Below, one piece after another: positions 49,482-59,268 of a stretch of DNA of 64,000 nucleotides. The stretch is from the NCBI GenBank assembly GCA_034678805.1, contig JAXDBN010000244.1, positions 1,974 through 65,973 of the forward strand. Reading direction: 5' to 3'. The first letter of the stretch is position 1. The number at the start of each line of letters is the position of its first letter. The DNA is from Syntrophomonadaceae bacterium. Its GTDB lineage: Bacteria > Bacillota > Syntrophomonadia > Syntrophomonadales > Syntrophomonadaceae. The translations under genes were made by a program, and so were the position numbers. The notes below the pieces were generated by a model that saw nothing but the letters and a program-made list of their open reading frames with translations, was not told the origin of the DNA and did no database searches.

Positions 49482-50267
49482 ATGGCTGATGACCCAAAAG
49501 TTGCACTCGTTTTGGGGGCTGGAAGTGCTAGAGGTCTTGCCCATATTGGTGTCCTGCAGGTGCTATTGGAAAACCAAATCGGATTCGACCTCATTGTGGG
49601 CAGCAGTATGGGGGCTATGGTGGGCTCAATTTACGCCAGTGGGGCTAACCTGTACATGCTTGACAAAATGATCGAAAACATGAATACCCGCTTATTACTC
49701 GATATAGGTGTACCCAAAATGGGATTTATAGCTGGCAACAGAGTAGCCGAGTTTCTGGATTTGGTCACTAAGAAAAAGTTATTCTCTGAATTGGATTTTC
49801 CCGTAGCTGTTGTCAGTACAGATCTGGTAACCGGAAACAGGGTAGTGATGATAGAAGGATCAGTCAGCGAAGCAGTCAGAGCAAGTATATCGATTCCTGG
49901 TATTTTTATACCTCTCTTAAAGGATAATATGGTCCTGGTAGACGGGGCCGTTAGTGACCGATTACCGATTGATGTTGCCCGGGAGATGGGTGCGGATCTG
50001 GTGCTTGCCGTGGATGTAACGTACGGAGCCGGGAAGAGAATGGAGTTTAACAATGCTATGGATGTTATCTTGGCCTCACTGGATATCATGGCTAAATACC
50101 ATTTTGATACCGTTACCGAAGGAGCAGACATTCTGATTCAACCTGCGGTTGGTCATATAAATCCCAAGGATTTCGACAAGTCCAGGGAAATCATTGACCT
50201 GGGAAGAAGAGCAGCTGAGGAAAAAGTATTGGAGATAAAAAACAAGTTGTCCTCAATGGGGAAATGA
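49482..50267 (+). CDS. patatin-like phospholipase (YlbK-like)
   Basis: GAGSARG oxyanion motif, GSSMG nucleophile elbow, and VDGAV Asp motif. ATG 49482 is best spaced from the AGGGG RBS. Confidence 0.85.
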   Translation: MADDPKVALVLGAGSARGLAHIGVLQVLLENQIGFDLIVGSSMGAMVGSIYASGANLYMLDKMIENMNTRLLLDIGVPKMGFIAGNRVAEFLDLVTKKKLFSELDFPVAVVSTDLVTGNRVVMIEGSVSEAVRASISIPGIFIPLLKDNMVLVDGAVSDRLPIDVAREMGADLVLAVDVTYGAGKRMEFNNAMDVILASLDIMAKYHFDTVTEGADILIQPAVGHINPKDFDKSREIIDLGRRAAEEKVLEIKNKLSSMGK

Positions 50268-50277
50268 CCAAACGTTT

Positions 50278-51537
50278 TTATGGACGACTATTTATGATAT
50301 GCGGGGAGGTGGTATAATCCTGAGCACCAGAGCGATGGGCTGCATTAGGATACAAAAGACTGTATATGTCGGTAGCTTGAACGTCTAGCTCCAGCATGGC
50401 GCGGAGAACAGGTTGATTATCATCCTGGCCAGCCTCCTTTACATCGCTGCCCCGATTGAGCATCCGCAGCGCTGATTTATTTTTTATCTCTTGCAGGATT
50501 TCCCGACCTTTTGTAGAAAATCCTAAAATGTGAAAATATAATGGTCCGTGCTGGTCAAAACTCAGCATTTTTTGGGTTTCGACATTAAGCAGGACATAGA
50601 GCAGCTGCCGGTTGATTCGGGTCAGACTATAACGTTTGCTTTTAATCATTTGCCGTAGTTGTTCAAGCGTACCGCAGGTAATAGCAGCCTTACGGATGCG
50701 ATGTTCCAAACCCTCGCTGATTTCATATATGTTGTGTAGTTGGTTTAGAGGAGTGGTGCGCAATTTAGCCAGTAAAGCCTGCTCAAGAGACGCTAAATTA
50801 ACTGGGGCGCGCCCGGCTTGTATCTCCTTCTGTAACAAGGCAAAAGCCTGGGAGGGCATGAAGCTGGAATTGTCAAAATTGCCAGGATTGTTTAGCAGGG
50901 AATGACGAATGGCACTGGCACTGGCATGATTGGTTAGTTCCAGACTATTGTACTCAGAGCCTTGACGGAGAATGGTAAAAGGCTGGATAGGAATGGCATC
51001 CTGTTGGAGCACGCGCAGGTATTCGATTGCCAGGATATTATTAGGTTGCATAATGATAGAATCTATATTGCCTATATTGTTGCCCTTAATTGACTGAATA
51101 GTCTTGGAGCGAGCGGTAGGAAAATTGAGCCCCTGAGACAGAAAATATTTTAACTTTTTCTTATATTCATGGCTTTCGTCAGCGATAATCGCAGCGATAG
51201 TTCTTAATTCATCCAGGCGGCCGTTTTCGCTGCCAAATGCCAAATGAGTCACAACCCCAGTTGCATTCAGCAATTGGATAGCACCCCGGGCAAAATAATA
51301 GGCACTGCGGACACAAAAACAAAAAGGTATTTCAATGACCAGATCTGCACCTGCATGCAAAGCCATACAGGCGCGAGTCCATTTGTTACATATAGCAGCT
51401 TCTCCCCTCTGAACAAAGTTGCCGCTCATAACGCAAATGGTAGCGTCATAGTTGTGTTCCCGCTGAGCAGACTGGATAAAATATTGATGCCCATTGTGGA
51501 GGGGATTAAATTCAGCGATAATTCCTAGAACAGACAC
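50278..51537 (-). CDS. tmcAL: tRNA(Met) cytidine acetate ligase (YlbM/TmcAL family nucleotidyltransferase)
   Basis: GIIAEFNPLHNGHQYFI N-terminal HxGH-type motif. 419 aa. GTG start. Confidence 0.85.
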   Translation of the reverse strand: MSVLGIIAEFNPLHNGHQYFIQSAQREHNYDATICVMSGNFVQRGEAAICNKWTRACMALHAGADLVIEIPFCFCVRSAYYFARGAIQLLNATGVVTHLAFGSENGRLDELRTIAAIIADESHEYKKKLKYFLSQGLNFPTARSKTIQSIKGNNIGNIDSIIMQPNNILAIEYLRVLQQDAIPIQPFTILRQGSEYNSLELTNHASASAIRHSLLNNPGNFDNSSFMPSQAFALLQKEIQAGRAPVNLASLEQALLAKLRTTPLNQLHNIYEISEGLEHRIRKAAITCGTLEQLRQMIKSKRYSLTRINRQLLYVLLNVETQKMLSFDQHGPLYFHILGFSTKGREILQEIKNKSALRMLNRGSDVKEAGQDDNQPVLRAMLELDVQATDIYSLLYPNAAHRSGAQDYTTSPHIINSRP

Positions 51538-51667
51538 GACTTATCCCCAAAGCAAGATTTTCATAATCATAACACATACAAACCAGTTCATCACAATGAT
51601 GAGATTGATTAGACCGTTGAATAGCACTTAGAGCTATTTGGCGATGTAAAAATAAGGAGGATTGATC

Positions 51668-52660
51668 ATGAGTTTATTGGAACAAATCAAGGCAAATGCG
51701 GCTAAGGCAGGCAAGACTATCGTGCTTCCGGAAGGTACCGAAAAGCGGACCCTTTTGGCAGTCAAGGACATAGCGGCAGCCAAAATTGCCAACCTTATCC
51801 TGTTAGGGGATGAGGGCGCGGTGAAAGCTGCGGCTGCTGACGCAGGTGCGGATATCAGCGCAGCAGAAATTATTAATCCGGCCAAATCAGCTTTCTTTGA
51901 TGATTTCGTTCAGGCTTTTTATGAAATGCGCAAGAGCAAAGGAGTCGACCTGGACAAAGCCCGCGACTCTATGCTGGATCCACTCTTCTTTGCATCGATG
52001 ATGGTTAAAATGGGTAAGGCCGACGGTGAAGTTGCTGGAGCCGAGAACACCACCGGTAATGTACTGAGGCCGGCATTGCAGATTATCAAAACTGCCCCTG
52101 GAATTTCAGCTGTATCTGGAGCGTTCGTTATGATCGTTCCCAACTGTGATTTAGGGTACAATGGATTATTGGTTTTCGCTGACTGTGCTGTAACCCCGGT
52201 TCCCACTGCTGAACAACTGGCGGAATTTGCTAAATCAACTGTCGGCACTGCAGCCACTGTTTGCGGTATCCCTGAACCCAAGGTTGGAATGCTGTCCTTC
52301 TCTACCAAAGGCAGTGCCAGCCATGATGTAGTAGACAAGGTTGTTAAAGCTACTGCCCTGGCTAAAGAGAGATTCCCTGAACTGCAGGTGGATGGTGAAT
52401 TCCAGGCTGACGCCGCCCTGGTTCCCAGCGTTGGCGCCTCTAAAGCACCCGGCAGCCCAGTTGCCGGTCAATGCAACGTTCTGGTATTCCCGGATCTGCA
52501 AGCCGGCAATATCGGCTATAAACTGGTACAGAGATTTGCCAAAGCAGAAGCTATTGGACCTATACTGCAAGGACTTGATAAACCCGTCAATGACCTGTCC
52601 AGAGGTTGCAGTGTTGCGGACGTAGTAAACGTGGTTGCTATTACTGCAGTTAGAGCCTAA
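51668..52660 (+). CDS. pta: phosphate acetyltransferase
   Basis: [12 protein letters not shown] and the C-terminal [19 protein letters not shown] motif. AAGGAGG lies 7 nt before ATG 51668. Confidence 0.95.
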   Translation: MSLLEQIKANAAKAGKTIVLPEGTEKRTLLAVKDIAAAKIANLILLGDEGAVKAAAADAGADISAAEIINPAKSAFFDDFVQAFYEMRKSKGVDLDKARDSMLDPLFFASMMVKMGKADGEVAGAENTTGNVLRPALQIIKTAPGISAVSGAFVMIVPNCDLGYNGLLVFADCAVTPVPTAEQLAEFAKSTVGTAATVCGIPEPKVGMLSFSTKGSASHDVVDKVVKATALAKERFPELQVDGEFQADAALVPSVGASKAPGSPVAGQCNVLVFPDLQAGNIGYKLVQRFAKAEAIGPILQGLDKPVNDLSRGCSVADVVNVVAITAVRA

Positions 52661-52726
52661 ACTAATTTAGGCTTTATACTAGATCCAGGTTATGCATCTC
52701 TATTTAAATGAAGGAGGAGTTTTGTA

Positions 52727-53920
52727 ATGAAGGTCTTGGTTGTAAACGCGGGTAGTTCATCAATAAAATATCAGGTTTTTGATATGACTGATGAATCCGT
52801 ACTAGCCAAAGGATTGGTTGATCGGGTAGGTATTCCCGGAACCACTCTGAAACATGAGCCTACCGGCAAAGACGATGTTCTCATCAAACAGGACTTGCCC
52901 AATCATACTGAAGGTATGAAACTGGTATTAAACGTTCTAGTTAACCCTGAATACGGCTGCATCAAGAGCATGGATGAGATTGGGGCAGTCGGGCACCGTG
53001 TTGTCCATGGCGGTGAAGAATATGCCGCTTCAGCAGTAATCGATGATCACGTAAAGAAAGTTATCCGTGACTGTTTTGACGTAGCTCCCTTGCATAATCC
53101 CCCCAACTTGATGGGCATTGAAGCCTGTCAGGAATTAATGCCTAATGTACCACATGTGGCTGTTTTCGACACAGCTTTCCATCAGACCATGAGCCCGGAA
53201 TATTATATGTATGCACTGCCTTATGACGTATATGAGAAATTTAAAGTAAGACGCTATGGCTTCCACGGTACTTCTCATTACTACGTAGCCCATCGTGCAG
53301 CAGAAATGCTGGGCAAACCTTATGAAGATTGCAAGATAGTTACTTTGCATTTAGGTAACGGCGCCAGTATGGCAGCTATTGCCAACGGAAAAGTGGTTGA
53401 CACCTCCATGGGCTTTACCCCGTTAGAAGGGTTGGTCATGGGGACTCGTTCCGGTGACATCGATCCGGCTATCGTCTTCTATCTTATGGAAAAACTGAGC
53501 ATGGATGCCAGCGAGGCCAACAGTTATTTTAACAAGAAATCTGGTCTGCTCGGACTGTCCGGGGTTTCCAACGATCTGCGTGACATCCAGGAAGCCGCTG
53601 ATGCCGGTAATGAAAGAGCCAAGCTGGCCCTGGAAGTATACTATAAACAGGTTAAGGGATATATCGGCAACTATATCGCCAAATTAAACGGCTGTGACTG
53701 CTTGGTCTTCACCGCAGGGGTTGGCGAAAATGGTATAGGCATGCGCGAAAATATCTGTAAGGACTTAGAAAGTCTCGGTATTAAGATGGATAATGCCAAG
53801 AATAATGTACGCGGTAAAGAGGTTGATGTGGCTGCGGCTGATTCCAATGTAAAAATATTTGTTATTCCAACCAATGAGGAATTAGTGATCGCTCGCGACA
53901 CCTACGGTTTAGCTAAATAA
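52727..53920 (+). CDS. ackA: acetate kinase
   Basis: KVLVVNAGSSSIKYQ, GHRVVHGG and FHGTSH motifs. Confidence 0.95.
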   Translation: MKVLVVNAGSSSIKYQVFDMTDESVLAKGLVDRVGIPGTTLKHEPTGKDDVLIKQDLPNHTEGMKLVLNVLVNPEYGCIKSMDEIGAVGHRVVHGGEEYAASAVIDDHVKKVIRDCFDVAPLHNPPNLMGIEACQELMPNVPHVAVFDTAFHQTMSPEYYMYALPYDVYEKFKVRRYGFHGTSHYYVAHRAAEMLGKPYEDCKIVTLHLGNGASMAAIANGKVVDTSMGFTPLEGLVMGTRSGDIDPAIVFYLMEKLSMDASEANSYFNKKSGLLGLSGVSNDLRDIQEAADAGNERAKLALEVYYKQVKGYIGNYIAKLNGCDCLVFTAGVGENGIGMRENICKDLESLGIKMDNAKNNVRGKEVDVAAADSNVKIFVIPTNEELVIARDTYGLAK

Positions 53921-53947
53921 TAAGAAGAATTTAAAGTAAAAACAAAT

Positions 53948-53992
53948 AACGGCTTGGGTTCAAATCATATTGGACTCAAGCCGTTTATTTAT
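53948..53992 (+). terminator. intrinsic terminator after ackA
   Basis: 12-bp stem AACGGCTTGGGT / ACTCAAGCCGTT (one G-U pair), then TATTTATT. Confidence 0.7.
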
Positions 53993-54249
53993 TAAGCAGC
54001 TTTGGCAGCCGATCCATGGTAATTTGGACTGGTCCAAAAATATCTAGTTATAAATGAAGTCAAATGGACAGAAATGCAATGTAGTAATAGTACCGGCAAA
54101 TTATTTTGGGATAATTTTGGCTTATGTCGTTATGCTGCATGGACTATTACTAATGCTGAACATATAAAAAAGGATACTAACTTCGATTTTATACGTGCAC
54201 TGGTGTACAATAAGAAAGCGACTAAACTTTCTCGTAGGGAGGTCATCTA

Positions 54250-55281
54250 ATGCCAATGTATAAGGTACCCGTGGAACAGGCCGTAGGGCTGACATTGGGA
54301 TACGATATTACAAAAATAGTGCCAGGGGAGGAAAAGTATCGAGCTTTTCAAAAGGGGCATGTCATTACCAGCCAGGATATCGCTAAGTTGAAGGATATGG
54401 GCAAAGAACATATTTACATTTGGGAAGCGACGCCCAACATGATTCACGAAGATGAAGCTGCCCTGCGACTAGCTCAGATTTCAGCGGGCGAGGGACTATT
54501 TTGGACTAAACCCAGTCAAGGTCGGGTAAATATTAAAGCCAAGCATCCTGGTTTATTAAAAGTCAACATTGAAAGGCTTAATGCGCTTAACAGCTTGGAC
54601 GATGTTATTATGGCTACCCTGCATAATAACAGGGTGGTGGCCGAAGGACAGGTAGTAGCCGGTACCCGGGTAGTTCCAGTGGAGGTTGAGACTAAAACGA
54701 TAGATTCTGCGGAGAGTATCTGTTGTGGAGAGGGAGCTATACTAGCGATAAAACCTTTTATGCCATTAAGGGTAGCTCTAGTTACAACTGGTACCGAGGT
54801 AAGCAGTGGGCGAATCAAGGATGGTTCTGAGCTGTTGATTAAGGAGAAGATTAAACCATTCGAGGGGCAACTGATAGGTCAGGTAATCGTACCCGACGAT
54901 TCTAACTTGATTGCGGAGAAAATCTTATACTTTATTGGTCAAGGAGCTCAGTTGGTATTAGTGTCGGGTGGCATGTCGGTAGACGCTGATGATGCAACTC
55001 CGCTGGGGATTAGACATACCGGGGCCAGGGTAGTATTCTATGGAGCGCCGATTTTGCCGGGTTCACAGTTTATGCTTGCATACCATCAGCAGGTGCCCAT
55101 TTGCGGTATACCGGGGGGAGCCCTATTCAGTCCCCATACTACCCTGGATCTGTTGTTGCCGCGAGTTTTTGCGGGGGAGATGATCAGTCGTCAGGAAATA
55201 GTTGCAATGGGACACGGGGGCTTATGTGAAGGTTGTCAGGTTTGCCATTTTCCCCAGTGCCCCTTTGGAAAAGCAACCTAA
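54250..55281 (+). CDS. MoeA-like / MoaB-Mog-domain molybdopterin-binding protein with Cys-rich C-terminus
   Basis: Central MogA/MoaB-like fold signature region (LVLVSGGMSVDADD). C-terminal CEGCQVCHFPQC. GGGAGG RBS. Confidence 0.7.
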   Translation: MPMYKVPVEQAVGLTLGYDITKIVPGEEKYRAFQKGHVITSQDIAKLKDMGKEHIYIWEATPNMIHEDEAALRLAQISAGEGLFWTKPSQGRVNIKAKHPGLLKVNIERLNALNSLDDVIMATLHNNRVVAEGQVVAGTRVVPVEVETKTIDSAESICCGEGAILAIKPFMPLRVALVTTGTEVSSGRIKDGSELLIKEKIKPFEGQLIGQVIVPDDSNLIAEKILYFIGQGAQLVLVSGGMSVDADDATPLGIRHTGARVVFYGAPILPGSQFMLAYHQQVPICGIPGGALFSPHTTLDLLLPRVFAGEMISRQEIVAMGHGGLCEGCQVCHFPQCPFGKAT

Positions 55282-55289
55282 AGGCTTAG

Positions 55290-56510
55290 ATGGAGGGTGT
55301 AATCGTGTTATTGGATTCAAGCTTAGAAACCGTTCAAGCACAGATAATCGAATTTTGCCCGAGATTATCACCGGAAACCGTTTCAATATTGAATGCGGTC
55401 GGGAGAGTAAGCGCGGAAGAATACAGGGCGGGAAGCGATCTCCCCGCCCAGAACCAGTCAGCGGTCGACGGATATGCAGTAGCTGAGCCGGTTGATGGTG
55501 GGTCATCAGGTTATTCCCTTGTTGGTAATGCTCTTTTGGGCGATAATCCGCTTACGTTTTTAAAACCGGGTGAGGCTATGCAGGTTAAGACCGGTAGCAA
55601 TCTGCCACCCGGTGCTATTGCAGTGGTTCCTCATGAGAAGACAGAAATCCAAAATGATTCCCTAATACCTTTGGAAGTAATTAAGGTGGGCAACAACGTA
55701 AAAAAAGCCGGGGAAGACTATGTACATGGTGAATTGCTAATCCCCCGTAACACTATTTTGACCCCAGGTCATATTTCACTCATGGCAGCCTTTGGAATGA
55801 ATAGCGTGTCAGTATATAGAAAACCCAGGGTGGCTGTTCTTGGCCTCAGCCCTAATGTTGTGCCGTGGCAAACGAATCCTCTTCCAGGGCAAACCAGGGA
55901 TAGCAATACTCCACTAATAACTGCTTTGGTAAAAGAGTGTGGAGGAGAAGTAGTCGAGTCAGTTTTAACCGGGGTGGACCACAGATCAGTTGGTGAGATC
56001 GGTTCATCATTGCTGGAAAAGGCAGATATTGTTATCCTAACAGGAGGGACATATGCGGAAGACGGCAACGAAGCCCGTTTATTAATGGAACAACTGGGCG
56101 CTGATCTGCTCTATTGGGATGTACCCATACAACCGGGCAGTCATACCGGAGCCGGGGTAATAGAATCACGGATACTGTTTGCTCTTTCTGGAAATCCAGC
56201 AGCATGCGGAGTTGGGTATCATCTGTTCGTTGCGCCAGCGGTCAGGGCCATGCAGGGACTTATAGCGGAAACTACCCGCTTGACCGCTCAATGTACAAAC
56301 GGTTTTCCTAAAAAGTCCGGATCAAGACGTTTCATTCGCGGGCAGGTCCGATGGGAAAATAATAGCTGGCAGGTCACGGTGCTGGAGGGACAAAAACCGA
56401 GTATGCTAAGGTCCCTGGTTGATTGCAATGCTCTTATCGATATGCCTGCAAGCAGTCCCCCGATTAACAAAGGGCAAGATGTATCCATCCTGGTGCTGAA
56501 AACATTTTGA
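55290..56510 (+). CDS. moeA: molybdopterin molybdotransferase
   Basis: About 400 aa with MoeA-type layout (SAVDGYAV, ILTGGT...). GTG 55305 has a better RBS (GGAGGG) than ATG 55290. Confidence 0.85.
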   Translation: MEGVIVLLDSSLETVQAQIIEFCPRLSPETVSILNAVGRVSAEEYRAGSDLPAQNQSAVDGYAVAEPVDGGSSGYSLVGNALLGDNPLTFLKPGEAMQVKTGSNLPPGAIAVVPHEKTEIQNDSLIPLEVIKVGNNVKKAGEDYVHGELLIPRNTILTPGHISLMAAFGMNSVSVYRKPRVAVLGLSPNVVPWQTNPLPGQTRDSNTPLITALVKECGGEVVESVLTGVDHRSVGEIGSSLLEKADIVILTGGTYAEDGNEARLLMEQLGADLLYWDVPIQPGSHTGAGVIESRILFALSGNPAACGVGYHLFVAPAVRAMQGLIAETTRLTAQCTNGFPKKSGSRRFIRGQVRWENNSWQVTVLEGQKPSMLRSLVDCNALIDMPASSPPINKGQDVSILVLKTF

Positions 56511-56578
56511 TGAAAGATCAAGTAAAAGGGCATGATAGTTGTTGACAATCATGCAGACCAAATGTTGTTGGGACTTTA

Positions 56579-56608
56579 TTGACAATATTGTTAAATGCGG
56601 AATATAAT
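56579..56608 (+). promoter_or_regulatory. candidate sigma-A promoter for yceD-rpmF
   Basis: TTGACA (56579-56584), 18 nt spacer, TATAAT (56603-56608). Confidence 0.55.
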
Positions 56609-56635
56609 TAAAACGTTGTTCTTACGAGGTGCACA

Positions 56636-57139
56636 ATGAAACTTAACCTGCGCAGGCTGAAAAATCATCCCCATGAAAGCGAAACTTTTCACCTCTCAGA
56701 AGCTGGAGATAGTGCTTTGTTTGAGGGCATAGGGGGAAGATATCTTGGCCCGATAAACGTAGAACTATTATTAGAGAATACTGGTTCGATGTATGTTGGC
56801 AAGGTTAATTTAAATACCGCACTGCAGTTACCCTGTGCACGATGCCTTGGAGATTTAGTCTACCCTGTTTCTTTGGATTTCGATATCTCATTGGCTGAAA
56901 GCTGCAAAATGGACAATATGGATTTGGATGAAAACCTGATATTATTTTCAGGTGATGAGGCCGAGATAGGACCCAGGATTGAGGAAGCCATTTTTATGGC
57001 GATACCAATCTGCCCCTTGTGTAAGCCTGATTGCCAAGGACTGTGCCCGATATGTGGTCAGGATAAAAACATTCAAAGCTGTAAATGCAAAGAAGATCAG
57101 ATAGATCCTCGTTGGGAAAAATTGAATAAGTTAAGGTAG
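56636..57139 (+). CDS. YceD/DUF177 family ribosome-maturation protein
   Basis: CARCL...CKPDCQGLCPICG zinc-ribbon-like motifs. Conserved position immediately upstream of rpmF. Confidence 0.85.
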   Translation: MKLNLRRLKNHPHESETFHLSEAGDSALFEGIGGRYLGPINVELLLENTGSMYVGKVNLNTALQLPCARCLGDLVYPVSLDFDISLAESCKMDNMDLDENLILFSGDEAEIGPRIEEAIFMAIPICPLCKPDCQGLCPICGQDKNIQSCKCKEDQIDPRWEKLNKLR

Positions 57140-57156
57140 GAAAGGAGGTTTCATAA

Positions 57157-57327
57157 ATGGGTGTTCCGAAAAGAAGACAATCACATGCCCGTAAAAACAA
57201 GAGACGGTCGGAGTGGAAAAAGATAGATGCCCCCGGTCTGGTCGCCTGCCCCCAGTGCCATGATCTCATGCTGCCGCATCGTGCATGTCTGAGTTGTGGT
57301 TTCTATAAAGGTAAGAATGTCATATAA
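57157..57327 (+). CDS. rpmF: 50S ribosomal protein L32
   Basis: Below the ORF-track size cut-off, so translated by hand: MGVPKRRQSHARKNKRRSEWKKIDAPGLVACPQCHDLMLPHRACLSCGFYKGKNVI. AAAGGAGG RBS. CxxC...CxxC zinc ribbon. Confidence 0.95.
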   Translation: MGVPKRRQSHARKNKRRSEWKKIDAPGLVACPQCHDLMLPHRACLSCGFYKGKNVI

Positions 57328-57351
57328 GGGCAACTTAATAGCATCAGGATG

Positions 57352-57396
57352 AAAAAGTAAGGGTTAGCTCTAAGCTAGGACTTACTTTTTGTTTTT
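57352..57396 (+). terminator. intrinsic terminator after rpmF
   Basis: AAAAAGTAAG (57352-57361) pairs with CTTACTTTTT (57381-57390), with inner TAGCT/AGCTA pairing, then GTTTTT. Confidence 0.65.
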
Positions 57397-57538
57397 AGTA
57401 ACCCTTTGGTTAGACTTGAACATTCATTTAGGATGCCTATTTGGTATTATTTAGGTGAGAAAATAATGAAAGGTTTCACACTCTCATTAGGCGGAGCAAA
57501 TAGCTAAGCAGATTGTGGAACCCTCGAGGAGGATGTAT

Positions 57539-58492
57539 ATGATAATTGCTGTTGACGCTATGGGGGGAGATTTTGCACCTCTCGAAACCGTCGCAGGGGC
57601 GATAAAGTTTTTGGATACCTCTGATGCAAGATTGCTACTGGTTGGACCGGTGGAAATCATACAAAAAGAGCTGGAGAAGTATACTTATGACCAGGAACGA
57701 ATTGGTCTGGTGAATGCCAGTCAGGTTATGGGTATGGACGAATCGGTAGCAGCCTTACGCAAGAAACAGGATTCCTCCATAGTAGTTGCTACTCGTTTAG
57801 TAAAGGAAAGCCAGGCTGATGCCATAGTATCCTGCGGCAGTACCGGTGCTCAAATGGCTGCTGCCACCCTCATTCTGGGCAGGATGAACAATATTGAAAG
57901 ACCGCCAATAGTGGCTGAGGTACCAACTATTACAGGTAAAAGTACTTTACTCCTTGATGTTGGGGCCAATGTAGATTGCCGGCCCAGCCAATTAGTGCAA
58001 TTTGCCATATTAGGGAGTGTTTATGCCGCGATGTTGACCGGGATTGATAGTCCTAGGGTTGCTCTGTTAAATAACGGGGAAGAAGAGGGCAAAGGAAATA
58101 AGTTGAGCCTGGAAAGTTATGAATTGTTACGCGAGCAGAAGGGAATTAATTTCGTGGGTAATGTGGAAGCCGCTGATCTTTTCTCTAATAAAACCGATAT
58201 AGCCGTGTGTGATGGTTTTGTGGGCAATATTTTGCTGAAGGGCATGGAAGGACTGGCCAAATTAATTGGCGCTATGTTTTACAAGGAGATGGGTAAACTG
58301 CCATCCTTTTTTGGAGGCCTGGATAATAGCAAGGTAGGAGGAGCCCCTCTCCTGGGTATAAATGGGGTTAGTATTGTATGCCACGGGAGTTCAAAACGGG
58401 ATGCCGTCTGCAGTGGAATAGGCATTGCCCAACAGTGTGTGCTTAAGAATATGGTAGAAACCCAAAAGCTAGCCTTGAGCAGGGCGCTGTAA
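57539..58492 (+). CDS. plsX: phosphate acyltransferase PlsX
   Basis: MIIAVDAMGGDFAP N-terminus. GAGGAGG lies 6 nt before ATG 57539; the ORF-track start 57515 is longer. Confidence 0.95.
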   Translation: MIIAVDAMGGDFAPLETVAGAIKFLDTSDARLLLVGPVEIIQKELEKYTYDQERIGLVNASQVMGMDESVAALRKKQDSSIVVATRLVKESQADAIVSCGSTGAQMAAATLILGRMNNIERPPIVAEVPTITGKSTLLLDVGANVDCRPSQLVQFAILGSVYAAMLTGIDSPRVALLNNGEEEGKGNKLSLESYELLREQKGINFVGNVEAADLFSNKTDIAVCDGFVGNILLKGMEGLAKLIGAMFYKEMGKLPSFFGGLDNSKVGGAPLLGINGVSIVCHGSSKRDAVCSGIGIAQQCVLKNMVETQKLALSRAL

Positions 58493-58566
58493 TATAATGG
58501 TGAAAATGAATCTGGGGCGGCAGTTTTTACAAACATCCGCCCCCGGTGTTGGTAGCAGGTGAATAA

Positions 58567-59268
58567 ATGAGCCAGTCCCATGCCAGAGCATTTGTCAATG
58601 ATCTGCAGCTCAAGTTTAATAATATAGATTTGATAAGCACCGCTTTGATCCACCCTTCCTATGCTCAGGAGAAGAGCGCAGCGGTTAATAATCAGCGTTT
58701 GGAATTCCTGGGTGACGCAGTTCTTGATTTCATTGTAGCGGAGTATTTGTACATAAATTTCAAGGATAAACCCGAAGGTGATCTTACCCAGATAAGAGCC
58801 AAGGTAGTATGTGAAAAGGCTTTGGTAGAAATCGGCAATCAGATCAATATAGGCAACTACTTAATGCTTGGCCGGGGAGAGGATATGTCCGGCGGGCGGA
58901 AGCGTAAATCGATCCTGGCCGATACTATTGAAGCAGTAATAGGAGCTATCTATCTTGACCAGGGGCTGCTGAGCGTCAGGCAATTCGTCTTAAAGTATCT
59001 GCAGCCGGTAATTGATGAAACGGCTCAAGGTGATTATCAGGATCATAAGTCGCGTTTGCAGGAATACGTCCAATCCCGCAGCCGCTACAACGTCCATTAT
59101 CGTATTATAAGCGAGTCCGGACCTGCTCATGCCAGGCATTTTGTGGCTGGAGTTTATTTTATGGACGAATTACTAGCCAGCGGCCAGGGAAAAAGCAAAA
59201 AAGAGGCTGAACAGAATGCGGCAGGAAAAGCTCTCGAAAACAGAATTATAATGGAACGTCTAATTTGA
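58567..59268 (+). CDS. rnc: ribonuclease III
   Basis: NQRLEFLGDAVLD signature and a C-terminal dsRBD (GPAHARHF...GQGKSKKEAEQNAA). Confidence 0.95.
   Translation: MSQSHARAFVNDLQLKFNNIDLISTALIHPSYAQEKSAAVNNQRLEFLGDAVLDFIVAEYLYINFKDKPEGDLTQIRAKVVCEKALVEIGNQINIGNYLMLGRGEDMSGGRKRKSILADTIEAVIGAIYLDQGLLSVRQFVLKYLQPVIDETAQGDYQDHKSRLQEYVQSRSRYNVHYRIISESGPAHARHFVAGVYFMDELLASGQGKSKKEAEQNAAGKALENRIIMERLI

Noticed and set aside
53993-54249. Possible Moco riboswitch upstream of the MoeA-like genes.
   Set aside because: No upstream CCTCC-type segment is available to pair with the RBS region, and no GC-rich conserved core is seen. Only by-eye inspection was possible.
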